DNA from: Raja brachyura
Taxonomy: Eukaryota
DNA length: 64,000 nt
Reading direction: 5' to 3'
Assembly: GCA_963514005.1 (NCBI GenBank)
Contig: OY740785.1
Location: forward strand, 10,912,001-10,976,000
Below the pieces are notes generated by a model. It was not told the origin of the DNA. It did not search any database and worked only from the letters and a program-made list of their open reading frames with translations. Shown here in pieces: positions 39,994 through 53,896 of this stretch (its first letter is position 1; each line of letters begins with the position of its first letter). Both the position numbers and the translations under genes were made by a program.

Positions 39994-40940
39994 CTAGACC
40001 AAGTGGGACCCATTGGGTCGCGTCCCCCGACGCGGGGGGGTGGGGGGTGGGGGGGGGGGGGGGCGTGCGCACGGAGTCACAGGGGAGGGCTGGTCCCCGA
40101 ATGCAATATTCCACCACTCACCCATAGGTCTCAATACTCACCACTTCTTAGAGAGGGAGGGGAAGGGGGGGCGAAAGGGAGGGGGGTAGAGACTCTACCC
40201 CATCTCCTTCCTCCTCATTTCCCTCATCCTCATCCTCCTCCCCTCACTCCCATTCCCTGCCCCAGGACCTACACAGGTCGTAGAGCAGCGCCAGGGCCTG
40301 GAACTCGGCCTGGTTTTCATACTCGACTCGGCCCTGGCTGTAGGCCCAGGCTGGGCCGCCACCTGGCTCCAGCCCCGGCCCAAGCTCGTCCTTGGTTCCA
40401 GCGACAGCCTCCAGCCATCAGCTCAGCCGCTGCCTGGGCTCCAGTGCAGGTTCCGACTTCACGGTCCCAGACCCTGGACACAGACTCGTCCTTAGTTCCA
40501 GCGGCGACTTCTGTATCGGCCCCAATCATGGCCCCATCCCAAGCCCCGGGCTCGGCTCTCACTCCAGCTCGAGCACCAGGCTCGGCTTCAAGCCAGGGCC
40601 TGCGGCACCACCCTCGCCACCAGGTGTTGGACGTCGGGCGCTGGCAGCTGCCGTACTAGCACTTTCGTCCCGGAGTGTCCCATCCTGCCATGCGAGTTCA
40701 TTGTGATGTCACTCGGGGGGCGTTTTAAAAACTTTAAACAATTAAAAAGTTGGGAAATATAGGTAAGAATGCAACGGGAAGATTTTTATCGCCTCGAGGG
40801 GAAAATGTGAGTGGAATGTGTGAAAATGGAAAGGCTGTGGCCTAGTGTTTGGAAGAAAATAGGAATTAACCAGATTGTGCCCAGATCTCTCTCTCTCACA
40901 CGCACGCACGCAAACAACATGAGTGTTTTAGTATAATAGA
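39994..40940 (-). mobile_element. Complete non-autonomous Helitron (947 bp) inserted into a CR1 fragment
   Basis: Minus strand A|TCTATTATAC...gacccaatgggtc hairpin..TTGGTCTAG|T; no TSD; flanks rejoin as CR1 sequence. Confidence 0.85.
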
Positions 40941-41416
40941 TACTGTAAATCTGTTCATTTTTTGAGGTTATAACAAGCAGCATAGTTCCAGGAGATGCAG
41001 TATATCTGTGCATTTGGATTTTGGAAAGGTTTTCGAGAAGGTGCTCCACAAGAGATTAAGCCAAGTTAAGATTTGTGAAATAAATCAGGATTTGTGAAAT
41101 AAAACAGAAAACTGGGAATAAAATGGCTATTGTTGAATTGGGAGACTGTTATTGTGGGATACTGCAGAGATGGGTTACCTTGGCTGTTCACTATCTTTAT
41201 CAGTGATTTAGTTGAATGGCAAGTGTAACATATGTACAGGTCTGGTGATGATAGAAGGCAGGGTGGCAGCGTGTGTTTGAATGAGAATGCAAATAAACCT
41301 TTGGGGACTGTCGATGTTAAATGGATGAGGATGGTGTTTTGAACTGGAAAATGCAACAAAAGGAGGTACAAACTAATGCTTACAGTTTTTAAAAACTTTT
41401 AATCTGCTCTCCTTAG

Positions 41417-41547
41417 GACTCTGGTATATGCTAATGGATCTCTGCTGCTTACCAATGTCAGACCTCGCAGTTTTGGTGTGTATAAATGTGTTGGTCGGGG
41501 CCCAAGAGGGAAGCCCACTGTGATGGAAGCTGCTCTCCGCATGGCAG
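41417..41547 (+). CDS. PTK7: PTK7 exon 6 (Ig3 C-half)
   Basis: ctctccttAG / GTATGG; TLVYANGSLLLTNVRPRSFGVYKCVGRGPRGKPTVMEAALRMA; 131 nt, phase 2 to 1. Confidence 0.95.
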
Positions 41548-43113
41548 GTATGGATAATGAACCATTCTCAATTGTCAAGAAGTAGGATTAAGTCAGTAAT
41601 ACATTAATTTCTACAAGGGTAGAAGTGTAATTACACATTGAAAAGATGAGGTAACCAGTCTTGCAGCACAGCTAAATATACATCATACACCCAACACATT
41701 TTGTGAAAATGACTTGACGAAGGAAGCCATTGGGAAGGTATCTTTCATGCCCTTGATATCTCTCATCTTCTGAGAAAATATCAACGTCTGAAATATTTCT
41801 GCACTCCTGCAAGTCCCTCACAGGTAGCGCTGCTATAATGTTGTAGCCGTGTTCCTAAGAAACCATGTATTGTAGAAAACTATGTTGTAAACATAATTAT
41901 GGCAATGGAGAAAAGGGGATTATTTTTCCCCTCAGGATTTTCAAAAGTAAATAGCATTTTTAAATAGCATATTTTTGTTACTACAAGCATAAAATTTGAA
42001 AGGCTTATGTTACATTGTTCAATATAGTATCATTGTACAAGTGTCAACAGAAGTGATCACACCGTTAATTTTAATGGCTACCCATGATGAAACTCGCAGC
42101 TCTTCTCAAGAGACAATGAATGGTATGTGATTACTGCTGGGAAGCTACATGGAAAGTTTTTTTTCCCCAAGACAGCTTATTTTTCCTGCTTATTATGCAA
42201 TTGCTATTGTATATAATAAACAGTAGAGCATTGATTCCTGGTCATACGCTTCCATCATTAAAACAACCTTCAGGCTCCTATAATCAGCAAATTAGGAATT
42301 CAATTAAGCAAATTTGCCAATTTACTTTGAGTCTTTTGGACTGCTACCTGTAAAACCAGTCTCCCATATGGAATGTAAACAGACTGTCCAAAACACTCAG
42401 CAGTTCGGGCAGCATCTATGGAAAGAGAAACAGCTAACAGTTCGGATCTGAGATACTTTTTATGGGACTTCATCAAAGACGTTACTGAAGTTTGTGTAGA
42501 CTTCATCAACAACACCCCCTTCATCAATAACTTTGTTAACTCTTTGAAAATGTTGGTTAAATTGGGCAGATAGGATCTTTTCCTAGCAAAGACATACTGA
42601 TACAGTTTAATTCATCTCAGACTTTGTAAATGTAGATTAATCCAGCCCCCTAAAAAAAATTCCTAGAAGATAAGAGATATCAAAGAAAGGCAAGAAAGAT
42701 ACCTTCTCAATGGCTTTCTTTGATGATAGATTCGATGATTTGTACTAACTGTTGTCCCTGCTATCCTTCTTGAATACATGTAGCAAATTTGTTGTCTTTC
42801 CGAAAGATTTGGCACCTCACTTTTGACAGTGAAGATTAAAAAATCTGCAGAGCCCCATCTTTTGGCCATGGAGAATGTATGTTAGTATTGAACACTGATC
42901 TCTGAAGTTGTGAGTCTCTGCTAGTTATGCCACTGTGCCCGCAACAAATTACTGAAAGCCTTTCTTGAGACTATTTTGTTTAGTTTTTGACAATTAGTTT
43001 CTGTAAGTAATAATGTTGTTCCTATCAGAATGATGCACAGAAATATAGGCTCACTACTAAGTAAAACTATTTCAACTACTATGTAATTATTTTATTTGTG
43101 TTTTAAAATTTAG

Positions 43114-43380
43114 AAATCCATGATATGCTTACGTTCAATCCAAGAATATTTATTGCAAATACCACACAAGACATTGAATGTTCACCACCAAGAGGACTGC
43201 CTCTGCCTGTTGTGGGATGGTACAGGGGCAGTGCACAAATTCCATCTGAAGGTCGTGTCTATCAGGCTGGCAATAAACTGGTTTTCAATGAAACATCACA
43301 GAAAGATTCAGGAATTTATACCTGTCATGCTAAAAACAAAGCTGGAGAGAAGACCAGTGAACTGAACATCACTGTGGCAA
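43114..43380 (+). CDS. PTK7: PTK7 exon 7 (Ig4)
   Basis: tttAG / GTAAGG; EIHDMLTFNPRIFIAN...CSPPRGLPLPVVGW...DSGIYTCHAKNKAGE...LNITVA; 267 nt. Confidence 0.95.
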
Positions 43381-46300
43381 GTAAGGAACCTTTAATTTTG
43401 TTTAATTTGTTGCATACTGAAGAAATCATTCATAGCCAATGAATTACTTTGATGGATGAGTAAATTACAGATAAAAGCAGCCAACTTACACAAAGATTCC
43501 ATAAGCAGTATTAAGATCAATTACCAAATGTATTTATGCACTAGGAACTGCAGATGCTGCTTGACAAAAAATGACACACAGTGCTGGGTTTAACCCTGCA
43601 GGTCAGGCAACATCTCTGGAGAGCAAGTATAGGTGACATTTTGGGTCGAGACCCTTCTTCAGACATCAAAATCTATTTGGTTTGTGGGGAGTTTTAGTTG
43701 AGGGAGAATTAATTGGCCAGAAGAATGGAAAAATCAACAAATATTTTCACATGAGATTAGGTGGTTTATCAATCTGAAGCCATGGTCTATGTTTCTCAAC
43801 TAAATAGAAACAGATAAATTCATATCTCATTCAGCAAATCACTTGGGCCTATACACAGCCAAAGTCTGAGAATTCTCCAACCTTAACTGTGATTGCACGT
43901 TGTAGGAAACATCACTCTTCGTTCAGTGCTCTGGGCTTAATGCCCCTTTCAAAATTGTTCGGTTTTGTTGATTTAAAGAATCATACCTCTTTGGCTGTTA
44001 AAGAGTGCTTTAAGATTGCCTCATCGCACAGAGCTATGTAGCAGCCAATTGGGGAGTGTATTCCATTATTAGTGGATAAAATAACTAGTCGTTTATCTCA
44101 TATAATCAGAAAATATTGGAAATAGTCAGCAGGTCTGTCCCCATCTGTGGGAAGAGAAATGGAGTCAAGGTTTCAGATCAAAGATCCTTTGTCAGCGCTG
44201 GGATGGAGACGAAAGAAACAATAGAAGCTTGTAAAGGAGTGTGAGGAGGGGGCTGTATCTGAGAGGGTAAAACCAGAGTTACCATGGGGATAAACTGTAA
44301 ACAAGGGTAAATTAGAGAATGGGAGCAGTTAAAGAGTGAGAACATGGACAAAATAATGCAGGAGTTGTGAAATACAGAGCAGGGAGACACGTCCGGCAGA
44401 TAAGGGTAGCATGTCCTCTACTCTCAGAGGAAAAAACCCAAAAGGAAGCTGAGGCAATATCATTTATATAGAGAGATACCAAGTTACTTGAAGTTGTGGT
44501 ATTCAGCATTTGTAGTCCAGAAGACTACAAAGTGTCCAGCCAGAAAATTAGGTGCTTTTCTTTAAGCTGGCATTGGGGCTCATTGGTGACCTCCTGTACT
44601 ATTACAATCGATTAGGTTGGAGTGAGATGGAAAGTTAAAGCAGGGACTGTGGTACTAAGAACTGTGGACTCCACCCCTGTGGACTATGCAGAAGTGAAAG
44701 CGTATATCTATCATTGTTAAGGTGAATGTTGGCCAGGGCTCAGTGAGAGATTTTTGGTGTTTATCAGATGCTCGTGTCCTCTTAAAAGGCAGACAGCAAA
44801 GTTATCATTTCATTACGTGGTCTTCTGACTTTTCAGTGCAATGTTGAAAGACAGCTGTTTTATGAGTCTTAGAATTTATACCTTCCAGTAGATTTAAGCC
44901 AGTGACTCTGATTTGATGATAGCACCTTTGTCTACATCAAAGCTAGCGTTACTACAATAACTAATTTTTGATTTTGAGGTTATGTGATTCATGAGCCCGA
45001 GGGGGGAAATCAGTTTGTTTCTAAAAACAATTGCTGTCCTGTGCCTCCTGGAGAAGTGTGCATTTACAAAAAACTGAATTGGGCAAGGGCATAATTGGGC
45101 CCAGATGTAATGGCTCAGTTTCAACAATGCTCATTTTATCTAGGCACTTACTTTAATTTTAAAATACTTGATAGCTCCTTGTGCCTGCAGGATTATAGCT
45201 AAGCAACTCATAACAAACTTGGCAAAAAAGAGATGAATCCCCTGGTGATTATTATTTGTAAACGTTAAAGCTGACCCTACATTATTACATTTTATCTTTG
45301 TTTCCAATGGGCAAATATAAGCTGGAACCTTTCCATTACTAATTGGTTTCCTTTCAGAATATTAAGAAGGTATGCTACCATTTTGTTCTTAATGCTAAAT
45401 GACAATGAGTCACATTTTCGGTTGACCTAAGTTTGATGAATAGCTTTCTTTACAGTGTATGTGCAGATTTTTCAGCAACCTCAGTTTAAAGATTGATGAA
45501 TATATGCAAATATCTGTATCTGACTAAAACAAAACTATCTCATCATTAGTATGCATCAAGTGTCATTAAGTTACGTGTAGGAAGGAACTGCAGGTGCTGG
45601 TTTAAATGCAAAGATAGACACAAAAAGCTGGAGCAACTCAGCGGGACAGACATCATCTCTGGAGAGAAGGAATAGGCGACTTTTCAGGTCAAAACGAGGG
45701 TTGGGTCTGAAGACGGGTCTCGACCCAAAACGTCACCCATTCCTTCTCTCCAGAGATGCTGCCTGTCTCGCTGAGTTACCCCAGCTTTTTGTGTCATTAA
45801 GTTATTGTGTTTACAATGCTCAGATCACGTACTTAATACTCATAACTCAAAGTCATTGTGTCCTTTTAGTGACCTGTTCAGTGTTATACTTGAAATCAAT
45901 TTCTCTGGCACCTAAAATTAACTATGGAATATGGACATAAATTCCATTGTTTTTTTTTTTAATGTTCTAGCTTTACCTTTATCTCTTCACTATCTTAATT
46001 CACCCAGTCTCTAGGCCCTGCAATTGTTGATTTGATACCATCATCAATCGTTTCACTTTTTATTTTTAAATCCTTCAATATTATTGGTGAAAGGTGTATT
46101 CTGTTTATTGCCCTTTGCAATCCAATCCCAGTAGCCCTATCTCATCTTTTGCACTGTCAACCTGCATTTAAGGGACAAATAAATTGAGCTGAAAGGTGCA
46201 GTGGTTCAAGTGTACGAGATACAATGGAAAAATGTTGTTTTCCATGCATTTCAGGCAGATCAAACTAGCCATGAGTACAATCAAACCGTACATAAGTAGC

Positions 46301-46674
46301 ACAGAGCAAAAGGAGAAGAGTACATAATATAGTGTTGCACTACAGAGAAAGTACAAATTAAAAAGGTGCAAGGCCACAATGAGGTAGATTTGGAATTGGG
46401 AAATACATCCTTGGCATAAGCGAGGTTCTTTCCAGAGTCTGATAAATTACAGGGATTCCCCATACAGCCTATGTGAAATGGAAGCAATTGTATTTAGATC
46501 CTTCTGTGCCACATTTTAGGGTACAATTAATCCTAGCCATCTCAAGACTGATATTTTGAAGACAATAGTAATTTACTCTTGTTAATGACCAGAAATCTTT
46601 ATTGAATTAGAGTGGAATAGGAATGTTGGGTTATGCTAAATCTACTCTTGTAAATGTTTCTTTCCCCCACATAG

Positions 46675-46808
46675 CAATACCAGAGTGGGTCATCAAGCCA
46701 TCAGACACCCAGCTCAATGAAGGGATGCCAGGATTTTTGCCCTGTAGCACCCGCGGTATCCCAACTCCCATGACTACCTGGTTCCGGAATAATGTGGACA
46801 TTTCTGGT
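46675..46808 (+). CDS. PTK7: PTK7 exon 8 (Ig5 N-half)
   Basis: cccccacatAG / GTAAGT; TIPEWVIKPSDTQLNEGMPGFLPCSTRGIPTPMTTWFRNNVDISG; 134 nt, phase 1 to 0. Confidence 0.95.
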
Positions 46809-47849
46809 GTAAGTATGCCACTCTTCTTCAGAAGCATGTGTGTGGTTTATGTCTGGCTTATATTGACAAAGAACAAATTACTAATTATTTGCTTCCTCTG
46901 AAGGAAGTAATTATTATACAGATGATGTGTTAGGTTGTTGGTTGAGGAATAAGTATTAGCTAAAGCCCATCTTCTATTCTGATACGACTGTGCATTCGTC
47001 CTTTGAATATTGTCAGGATAATTAACAGTGCAAATGAAAGATGACAGCTCTGATTAATATAATGCTTCCTCAGCACAATGTTGGTTTGAGAGTTTGATTT
47101 AATGCTCAAACACTTGAGATTGGTCACATAATCTTCTGATTCAACGGACAGGATGCTGCTAGTGAGCCAAGCTAGCAACTGTTATAAATGCCAAAATAAT
47201 TTCCAAAGCAGCTGAAGTAAATATTAACCTGATATGGGTTGCTCATAAGATAATTATTGCTGAATCATTCATTGGAATAGAATTGTTTAACTCTAAACAA
47301 TAGAAATAAGAGCTGCAAATATCTTAATCCACACTTATTATTTTTCCAACATCCCACACTAGCTCCAAGACCAATTAGTCACGCTGAATTTAGGAGTAAC
47401 AAAAGCATTTTCAATGATCAATGCGATGTGGTATTGCACTTACAGTAGTTTTGAAACATTTCCTTGTTTGTCACCAAGCTACTTGCTGGTATCGTTACAC
47501 ACAGTCTACGGAACTTAAATTGTCTGACAAATTGTTCAATATAATTTATGCATTTTTTGTTATTTCTGCCCCTCTCGGTACATTGCGCCCCCACCTTCCC
47601 TCATATATTCTTCATCTCTGACAAAGAATGTCAGCAGCTTACTGATGTTCACGTTGTGTTGCAGTCACACTGATTCCTGAGCAACCCCAGTCCCTAGCTG
47701 TTCAGTTGATTTTTAGCACCATCTGGTCACCAGCTAAATGTTTGTTTGTAAACTGATCAGTGCACATCCTAGATCTACATTATCATGAAACTTAACTTCA
47801 CACGTAGCTGCACTCCCTCCACCAGAGCATCTCTTGCATTACACCGCTT

Positions 47850-49430
47850 TGTGGCGCCACCCGGTGGTTAGGCCACTTACTATGCGAACCCTCGGCAGTC
47901 GGGGTTAGGGTCATGTGACTGGGTAATGGCGGGAAGGAGTTGTCACGAGGTATAGGAGTGTGCCCTAGTATAAACAACGAGCCCTGGGTCAACCTTCCCC
48001 CATTCGCGTGTGTGTTCTCTTTGTTTTGACAATGAAGATCTCTTTGATTGACCGCGCATGGCTTACTTATTCGCCCTCCATAATGGTGACCCCAACGATC
48101 CAAAACGGTCATTTTGGATTTAAATGATGTTTGCAGCCAACGATCAACCTCAACAGCCCGAGGTTGCTGACAATCCAGCCAACAGAATGCTGTCTCCCTG
48201 AAGCTGCCCGTGTTCCGGGCATCGCAGCCCCAGGTGTGGTTCCAACAAGCCGAGGCCCAGTGTCACATCCAATGCATCACGGCTGATGACACCCGGTACT
48301 ACTATGTGGTCAACGCATTGGATCAGGAGACGGCCGGTCACCTGGTCCCTTACCTGCACGTGCCGTCGGATCAGGACAAATACGAGGGCCTCAAAGTGCT
48401 GCTCTTGTGGACCTTTGGGCTCAGCCGCTGGGACCGCGCAGCGCGGCTCTTGCACATGGGCGGCCTCAGTGATCGCAAGCTGTCAGTGCTCATGAGCGAG
48501 ATGCTCACCATCATGGACGGTCATCAGCCCTGCCTGCTCTTCGAACATGCCTTCTTGGAACAGATGCCGGACGACATCTGCCTGCTTCTCACTGGTGAAG
48601 ATTTCACAGACCCCCTGCTGCTAGCGGAGCGTGTGGATGAGCTGTGGCAAGCCAAGCAGCAGGGCGGTGGCTCGATCGATCGAGTAGCAGCGGTGCCTTG
48701 GAGGGCCCAGAAACCAGGCCCTGCGTCCACCGGGTGTTCAGCTGCGCCGCCTGTCCAGAACCACCAGCGCTGGGGTCCCGCAGCCCGTCAGTGCCGCCCA
48801 CCATGCTCGTGTCTGGGAAATGCCTGAGCCGGCCGCCAGTAATCGCTGCGGCAGGCGGCCTGAAACATCGCCTCTACGCTTGGAATCGAAAGTCAGGATG
48901 ACGGTCCCTGGTTGATACAGGTGCGGAGGTTAGCGTTTTACCCCCGTCGGGGATCAACACTCGTTCTGGAAAGCGGGGGCCTTCTCCGACTGCAGTCAAC
49001 GGCAGCTCATACAGACCGGATGATCCCACTCATCTTTGGCCCCTGCCATTTTACCTGGACCTTTGCAGTGGCTGACTTTTCCAAACCGTTGCTGGGCGCA
49101 GATTTCCTCCGGGCCCAATCTCTGTTGGTGGATGTGCGGAGGCAACACCTCGTTCGTCTACACTTTCGGTTTCATGCCTCCAGTTCTGGAGGTTGGTCTT
49201 GTGGTGCCACCCGGTGGTTAGGCCACTTACTATGCAAACCCTTGGCAGTCGGGGTAGGGCCACGTGACTGGGTAATGGCGGGAAGGAGTTGTCACGAGTT
49301 ATAGGGGTGTTCCGAGTATAAACAACGAGCCCTGGGTCAACCTTCACCCATTCGCGTGTGTGTTCTCTTTGCTTTGACAATAAAGATCTCTTAGATTCAC
49401 CATGCGTAGCTTGCTTATTCACCCGCCATA
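47850..49430 (+). mobile_element. Internally deleted Gypsy LTR retrotransposon (CsRn1/Kabuki-like): LTR-PBS-gag-protease-LTR
   Basis: Two ~232 bp LTRs (47850-48082, 49200-49430); PBS tggtgacccc (tRNA-Trp type); gag LKLPVF..PQVWFQQAEAQ..TRYYYVVNALD; protease LVDTGAEVSVLP at ~48908; no RT, RNase H or integrase. Confidence 0.92.
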
Positions 49431-49574
49431 TCTTTTAATTCTGGGAAATAATCTAAAATGAAATTGTGTAGAAATAGAACAAACATATGTTGACAAATAT
49501 TGTAGCCGACTGCGTTTTCGAAGGCTACAGGTTGCTGTGAATTTCAGTGGCTCATGACTATGGTTAAATTACAG

Positions 49575-49710
49575 GACAGTCGGTTTGAGCAGCTGGCCAA
49601 TGGAACGCTGCGCATTAATAACGTGGAGGTATATGATGGAACTCTGTACAAATGTCAGAGCAGCACACCAGCAGGCTACATCGAGGGATATGCCCGTGTC
49701 CAAGTCCTAG
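49575..49710 (+). CDS. PTK7: PTK7 exon 9 (Ig5 C-half)
   Basis: ttacAG / GTAAGT; DSRFEQLANGTLRINNVEVYDGTLYKCQSSTPAGYIEGYARVQVL; 136 nt. Confidence 0.95.
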
Positions 49711-51850
49711 GTAAGTGCAGGTGGCCAGCTGAGATCATTTTAACTTTGAATTATGTCTAAATTCTGGAGTCAGCCGATTTGTCTGGGGTTTCAAATCAGT
49801 AGTACATAGTTTCAAGATGGCTCAACATAAAATCCTAATGATAGAGGTCATAGCACCGCTCATTTTAAAAATTCTTTATCCATGCTCTTCTGTAATACAT
49901 ATTCATTTATACTAATTATCAATTTTGGCAGAGGGGACAAACATATTTGAGACATTTGCTGCTGATACAAACTTATGTGAGATTATGAATAGTGTAGAAT
50001 GATAAGAGACCTCAAGGACTGAGAGTATAAAATCATGATGGGCATAGATACGGTGATTGCATGCAGCCGTTTACCCCAGGGTTGGAAAATTAAGAACTAG
50101 TGGGAATAGGTTTGCAGGGGGGAAGATTCAACAGGAATCTGAGGGGCAACCTTTTCACACAGAGGGTGGTGGGTATTTGAGAGAGCTGCCAGAGGAAGTA
50201 GTTGCGGCAGGCATAACAACATTTAAGTCATTTGGGGACATGCATGGATAAGAAATGTTTGGAGGAATATGAGCCAAATACGGACAAATGGGACCAGCTT
50301 TGATGGGGCATCTTGGTTAATATGGGCGATTTGAGCCAAGGGGCCTGTTTTCATGCTGTATGACTGATTCACTGATACTCTGTCTTTCTATTCCTTTGGT
50401 AATTTTGCATCTCTGGTTTATCTGGTAGATCTTAGCACATTGAAAATCAATATTGTCATGTGCTGATAGACAGTTAATTTGTTTTTGTTTTCCATGCAAT
50501 CCGTGCTGAGCATATTATACATGAGTACAACAGGTAATTCTAAAACAAAAATAAACAATGGAGAAATAGTATTACAGCTGTAGAGAAAGTGCAGATATAA
50601 AAATAGTGCAAGCCCTGTGCAAATAAGTGCAAGTGCAACAGTAGATTGGAAAATCGGGAATAAATCCTAAACACATGAGTATCCATACAAGAGTCTGATA
50701 ACAGCGGGGAAGAAACTGTTCTTGAATCTGGTGGTACGTGCACTTAAGCTTTTGTATCTTCAGCTGGAAGAGGGGAGAAAGGAGAATGACCAGGGTATGT
50801 GGTCCTTGATTATGTTGGCTGCTCCTCATGAGGCAACGTGACGTGTAGAAGTAGTTGACGGTGAGGGGAGGGATGGAGGGTTTGGGCTTGTATGATGCAT
50901 TATGCATGTCAGTTATACTGCTGCCATTTGCCCTCAAGTGCTTCTACAGCCCTGCCCAATTTGAGGAGTACTATAGTGTCGTGGTGAAGTTGCAGGACTA
51001 ACAGCCAGAGTTCTGGACACACAGACATGAGTTCAAACTAACTCAAGTGCGCTAGGGGAAATCCAAATACAGAAAAATAAAGTTTTTAGGTGCTATAACT
51101 ACTTTTAAAAGACATATGGGCTGGTGCATGGACAGGAAAGGTTGAGAGGATATGACCCAAATGCAGGCAGGTGGGGCTAGTGTACATGGGGTATCTTGGT
51201 CGGCAAAGGCAAGTTGTGCCGAAGGGTCTGTTTCTGTGCTGTATGACAACTTATGATGCTAATTATTACTTTAAACAACTGTCAAGTCGGTCAAACATGA
51301 TTTGCTTTGTTGGTTTTCATTTATTAGTGCATATTTTTTGAAGTGACAATTAATTTTGACCTGGATTAATGTGTCTAAAAGTTTCAATGGCATGATGTTA
51401 AGCTGAATGGACTTCAATTACCAGTTGTTCACTCTCCGGACAGGAGTGTACCATTTTGCAATCTTCCAGTCTTCTGGCACCAGTTTAATATCTGAACAAT
51501 ACTGGAATATTACCAACAGAGCCTCAGCAATTTTGTCCTCACTTCCCTTTGTGTTCAAAATTGTAGCATTTCAAATTGGGTTCCCTTTACTATAAACATA
51601 CCAGTTTTTAAAAAAAAATTATATCTTGTTAACTTTCTTGGTTATCTTCTTTACATACAGTATTTAGTTTGACTTTTGACTCTTAGATTTAAATCTTTAC
51701 AGATTTTTTTAAAATGTTAGCTTTAAATCTACCCTTGTAACTTCTTCGCAATACTGTGTTTTTTTAAATATATCCAACTAAAATTAAACTGAATATTTTT
51801 CTGTTTCACGTTAATCCCCCTCATGGAGTCTGTACCCATGCTATTGCTGC

Positions 51851-51896
51851 TTCAAAGGTCCCTTGTGGCTTATTTCAAAGGTCCCTTGTGGCTTAT
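51851..51896. repeat. Perfect 23 bp tandem duplication
   Basis: ttcaaaggtcccttgtggcttat x2. Confidence 0.9.
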
Positions 51897-53896
51897 TTAC
51901 AATTGTACATACCAAATGTTAAATCACATCCACCCAGGCTATACTGCTTTCAGACACAGAATTAGCCAACTTCCAGTTGAGAATTTCACTTTTTTTTTTG
52001 TTTTCATAACAATTCCAATATCTCTTGTCACATTCTGGATTTGCCCCATTTTATTCCGTAGAGTTGAACTGAATCCAGCACAGCGTTCCCTTGTTGAGCG
52101 GGAAACTCTGGTCACAAGGAAGTTCTCATTTACATATGTTGTACCACCTCTTCCATGCTCCTGGTCTAAGTTCCCCTTAAATCAATGCTCTAAAGTTCTT
52201 GCATCTTTCTGGAATTGAAAGTTTGCTCTCCATCTCTTTCCTGTTTTAATTATAATCAAATGGTTCTTGTATGCCATCCACTTCTATCCCTGTTGTAGTA
52301 CTTTTTGAGAACTCTAATGCCAGTAAAGGGTCTAAAACTCCGTGCAACACCCCCAGTTGTACCCTCACTGACACTCTGTGGGATAACACAGAACTAGTGT
52401 CAACGGGTGATAGATGGTTGGTGAGCCAAAACACCAGTCTCCATGCTGTATCTTTCAATCAATGATTTCCCACACACAAAGCCATGCTGACTATCCCCCA
52501 TCAGTTCTTGCATTTCCAATTGCAAATAAATCCCGTCTTTCATAATTCCCTCCAATAACTTTGCCAAAACTGAGGTAAGGCTCACCAGCCTATAGTCTTT
52601 TCTAGCTGCCCTTCATAAAGCGTGTTGGTAGTGTGGAAAGTAGTCATAAACTACAGAGAAAAAGCAACAATCTAGTGCAGTAGCTGAAAAATGGCAGGTG
52701 GAGTTTAATCCAGACACAGGTAAGATAATGCATTTTGGAAGTACTAATGAGGCTGGGACATAAACTGTGAATGGTAGGTTTTACGGACCATTGAGGGTGC
52801 AGAGGGACCTCAGAGTACAAGTCCACAGACCCTGGAAGGTGGCAATGCAGATGGGTAATGTGGTTAGAAAGGCATACAGGATACTGCCCCTTCTTAATCT
52901 GGGCATTGAATGCAGAAGGAGGGAGATGATGCTTCAAATTTATAAAATATTAGAACCAGTGGGGCAACGTTTTCACATAGTGGGTGGGTATATGGATGAG
53001 CTAATCAGATGGAGTAGTTTGAGACAATAACATTTAAAATACATTCAGACAGGTACATGGATAGGAAAGGTTTGAGGAATATGGCATAGGCAAATGGGAC
53101 TAGCTTGGATGGCATGGACCTCAGTCAGCATGGACGATTTGGACCAAAAGGCTGTTTCTCTGCTGGATAACTATTACTGATTTCCAGTACAAACTTGCTT
53201 GTGGTTTCCAAATGATTAACACTGCTACAAGCATTGTGTAATACAAACCAAACAATATCTTACTTTGTGCCAAAGCACTAGATAGAATCTGAAATAGATT
53301 TCTTATTTACATGTTGCCAGAATTATTGTTGGTTTCAACATTATTAACACATTTAATTGAAAACATATCCAAGATTGGCTTGTAACATCGATTGAAGCAA
53401 TCGTTTACGTTTTTTGCCTTGTGGTCTGAATTGGCTTTGTGATTATTCAGATGCCTCCCACTTCCAGACCCCAACTTGTTTCCCCCTTTCTTAGCAGCAT
53501 GAACCCTATGGCTACAGGGAGTCAAAAGTAGCCTAAACCATTTTGCTGACTGGCAGTTTAGTCATTGATTGTTGACATACAGACACTCTTCAAATCATAA
53601 GCAGGAACCCTGGCTTTTTCTGTCTTTTACCTTGCACTTTTAACATCCCTATCTCTAGCGTGGTTTTCATTGCCTAATTCAGCAGAAATCACAAGGTTTG
53701 GATCTATGTTAAGACTTCATCACCAAGCTGGTAGCGAGTAGTAGTTGCACTAACATGTGGGAATTAACTGATATGTAACTTTTTAAAATCTTGATTTCAG
53801 TACAAGTCTGTACAATTATTAATCTAATTTCTATCCCAGTGCCCAAAATGGCATGTGTTGAAGCACTGACTTGTGACTCTGTGTTCCTCATTGCAG

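Noticed and set aside
51823-52465. 131 aa and adjacent + strand ORFs as extra exons
   Set aside because: They look like the antisense of decayed CR1 sequence, and exons 9 and 10 already join in phase
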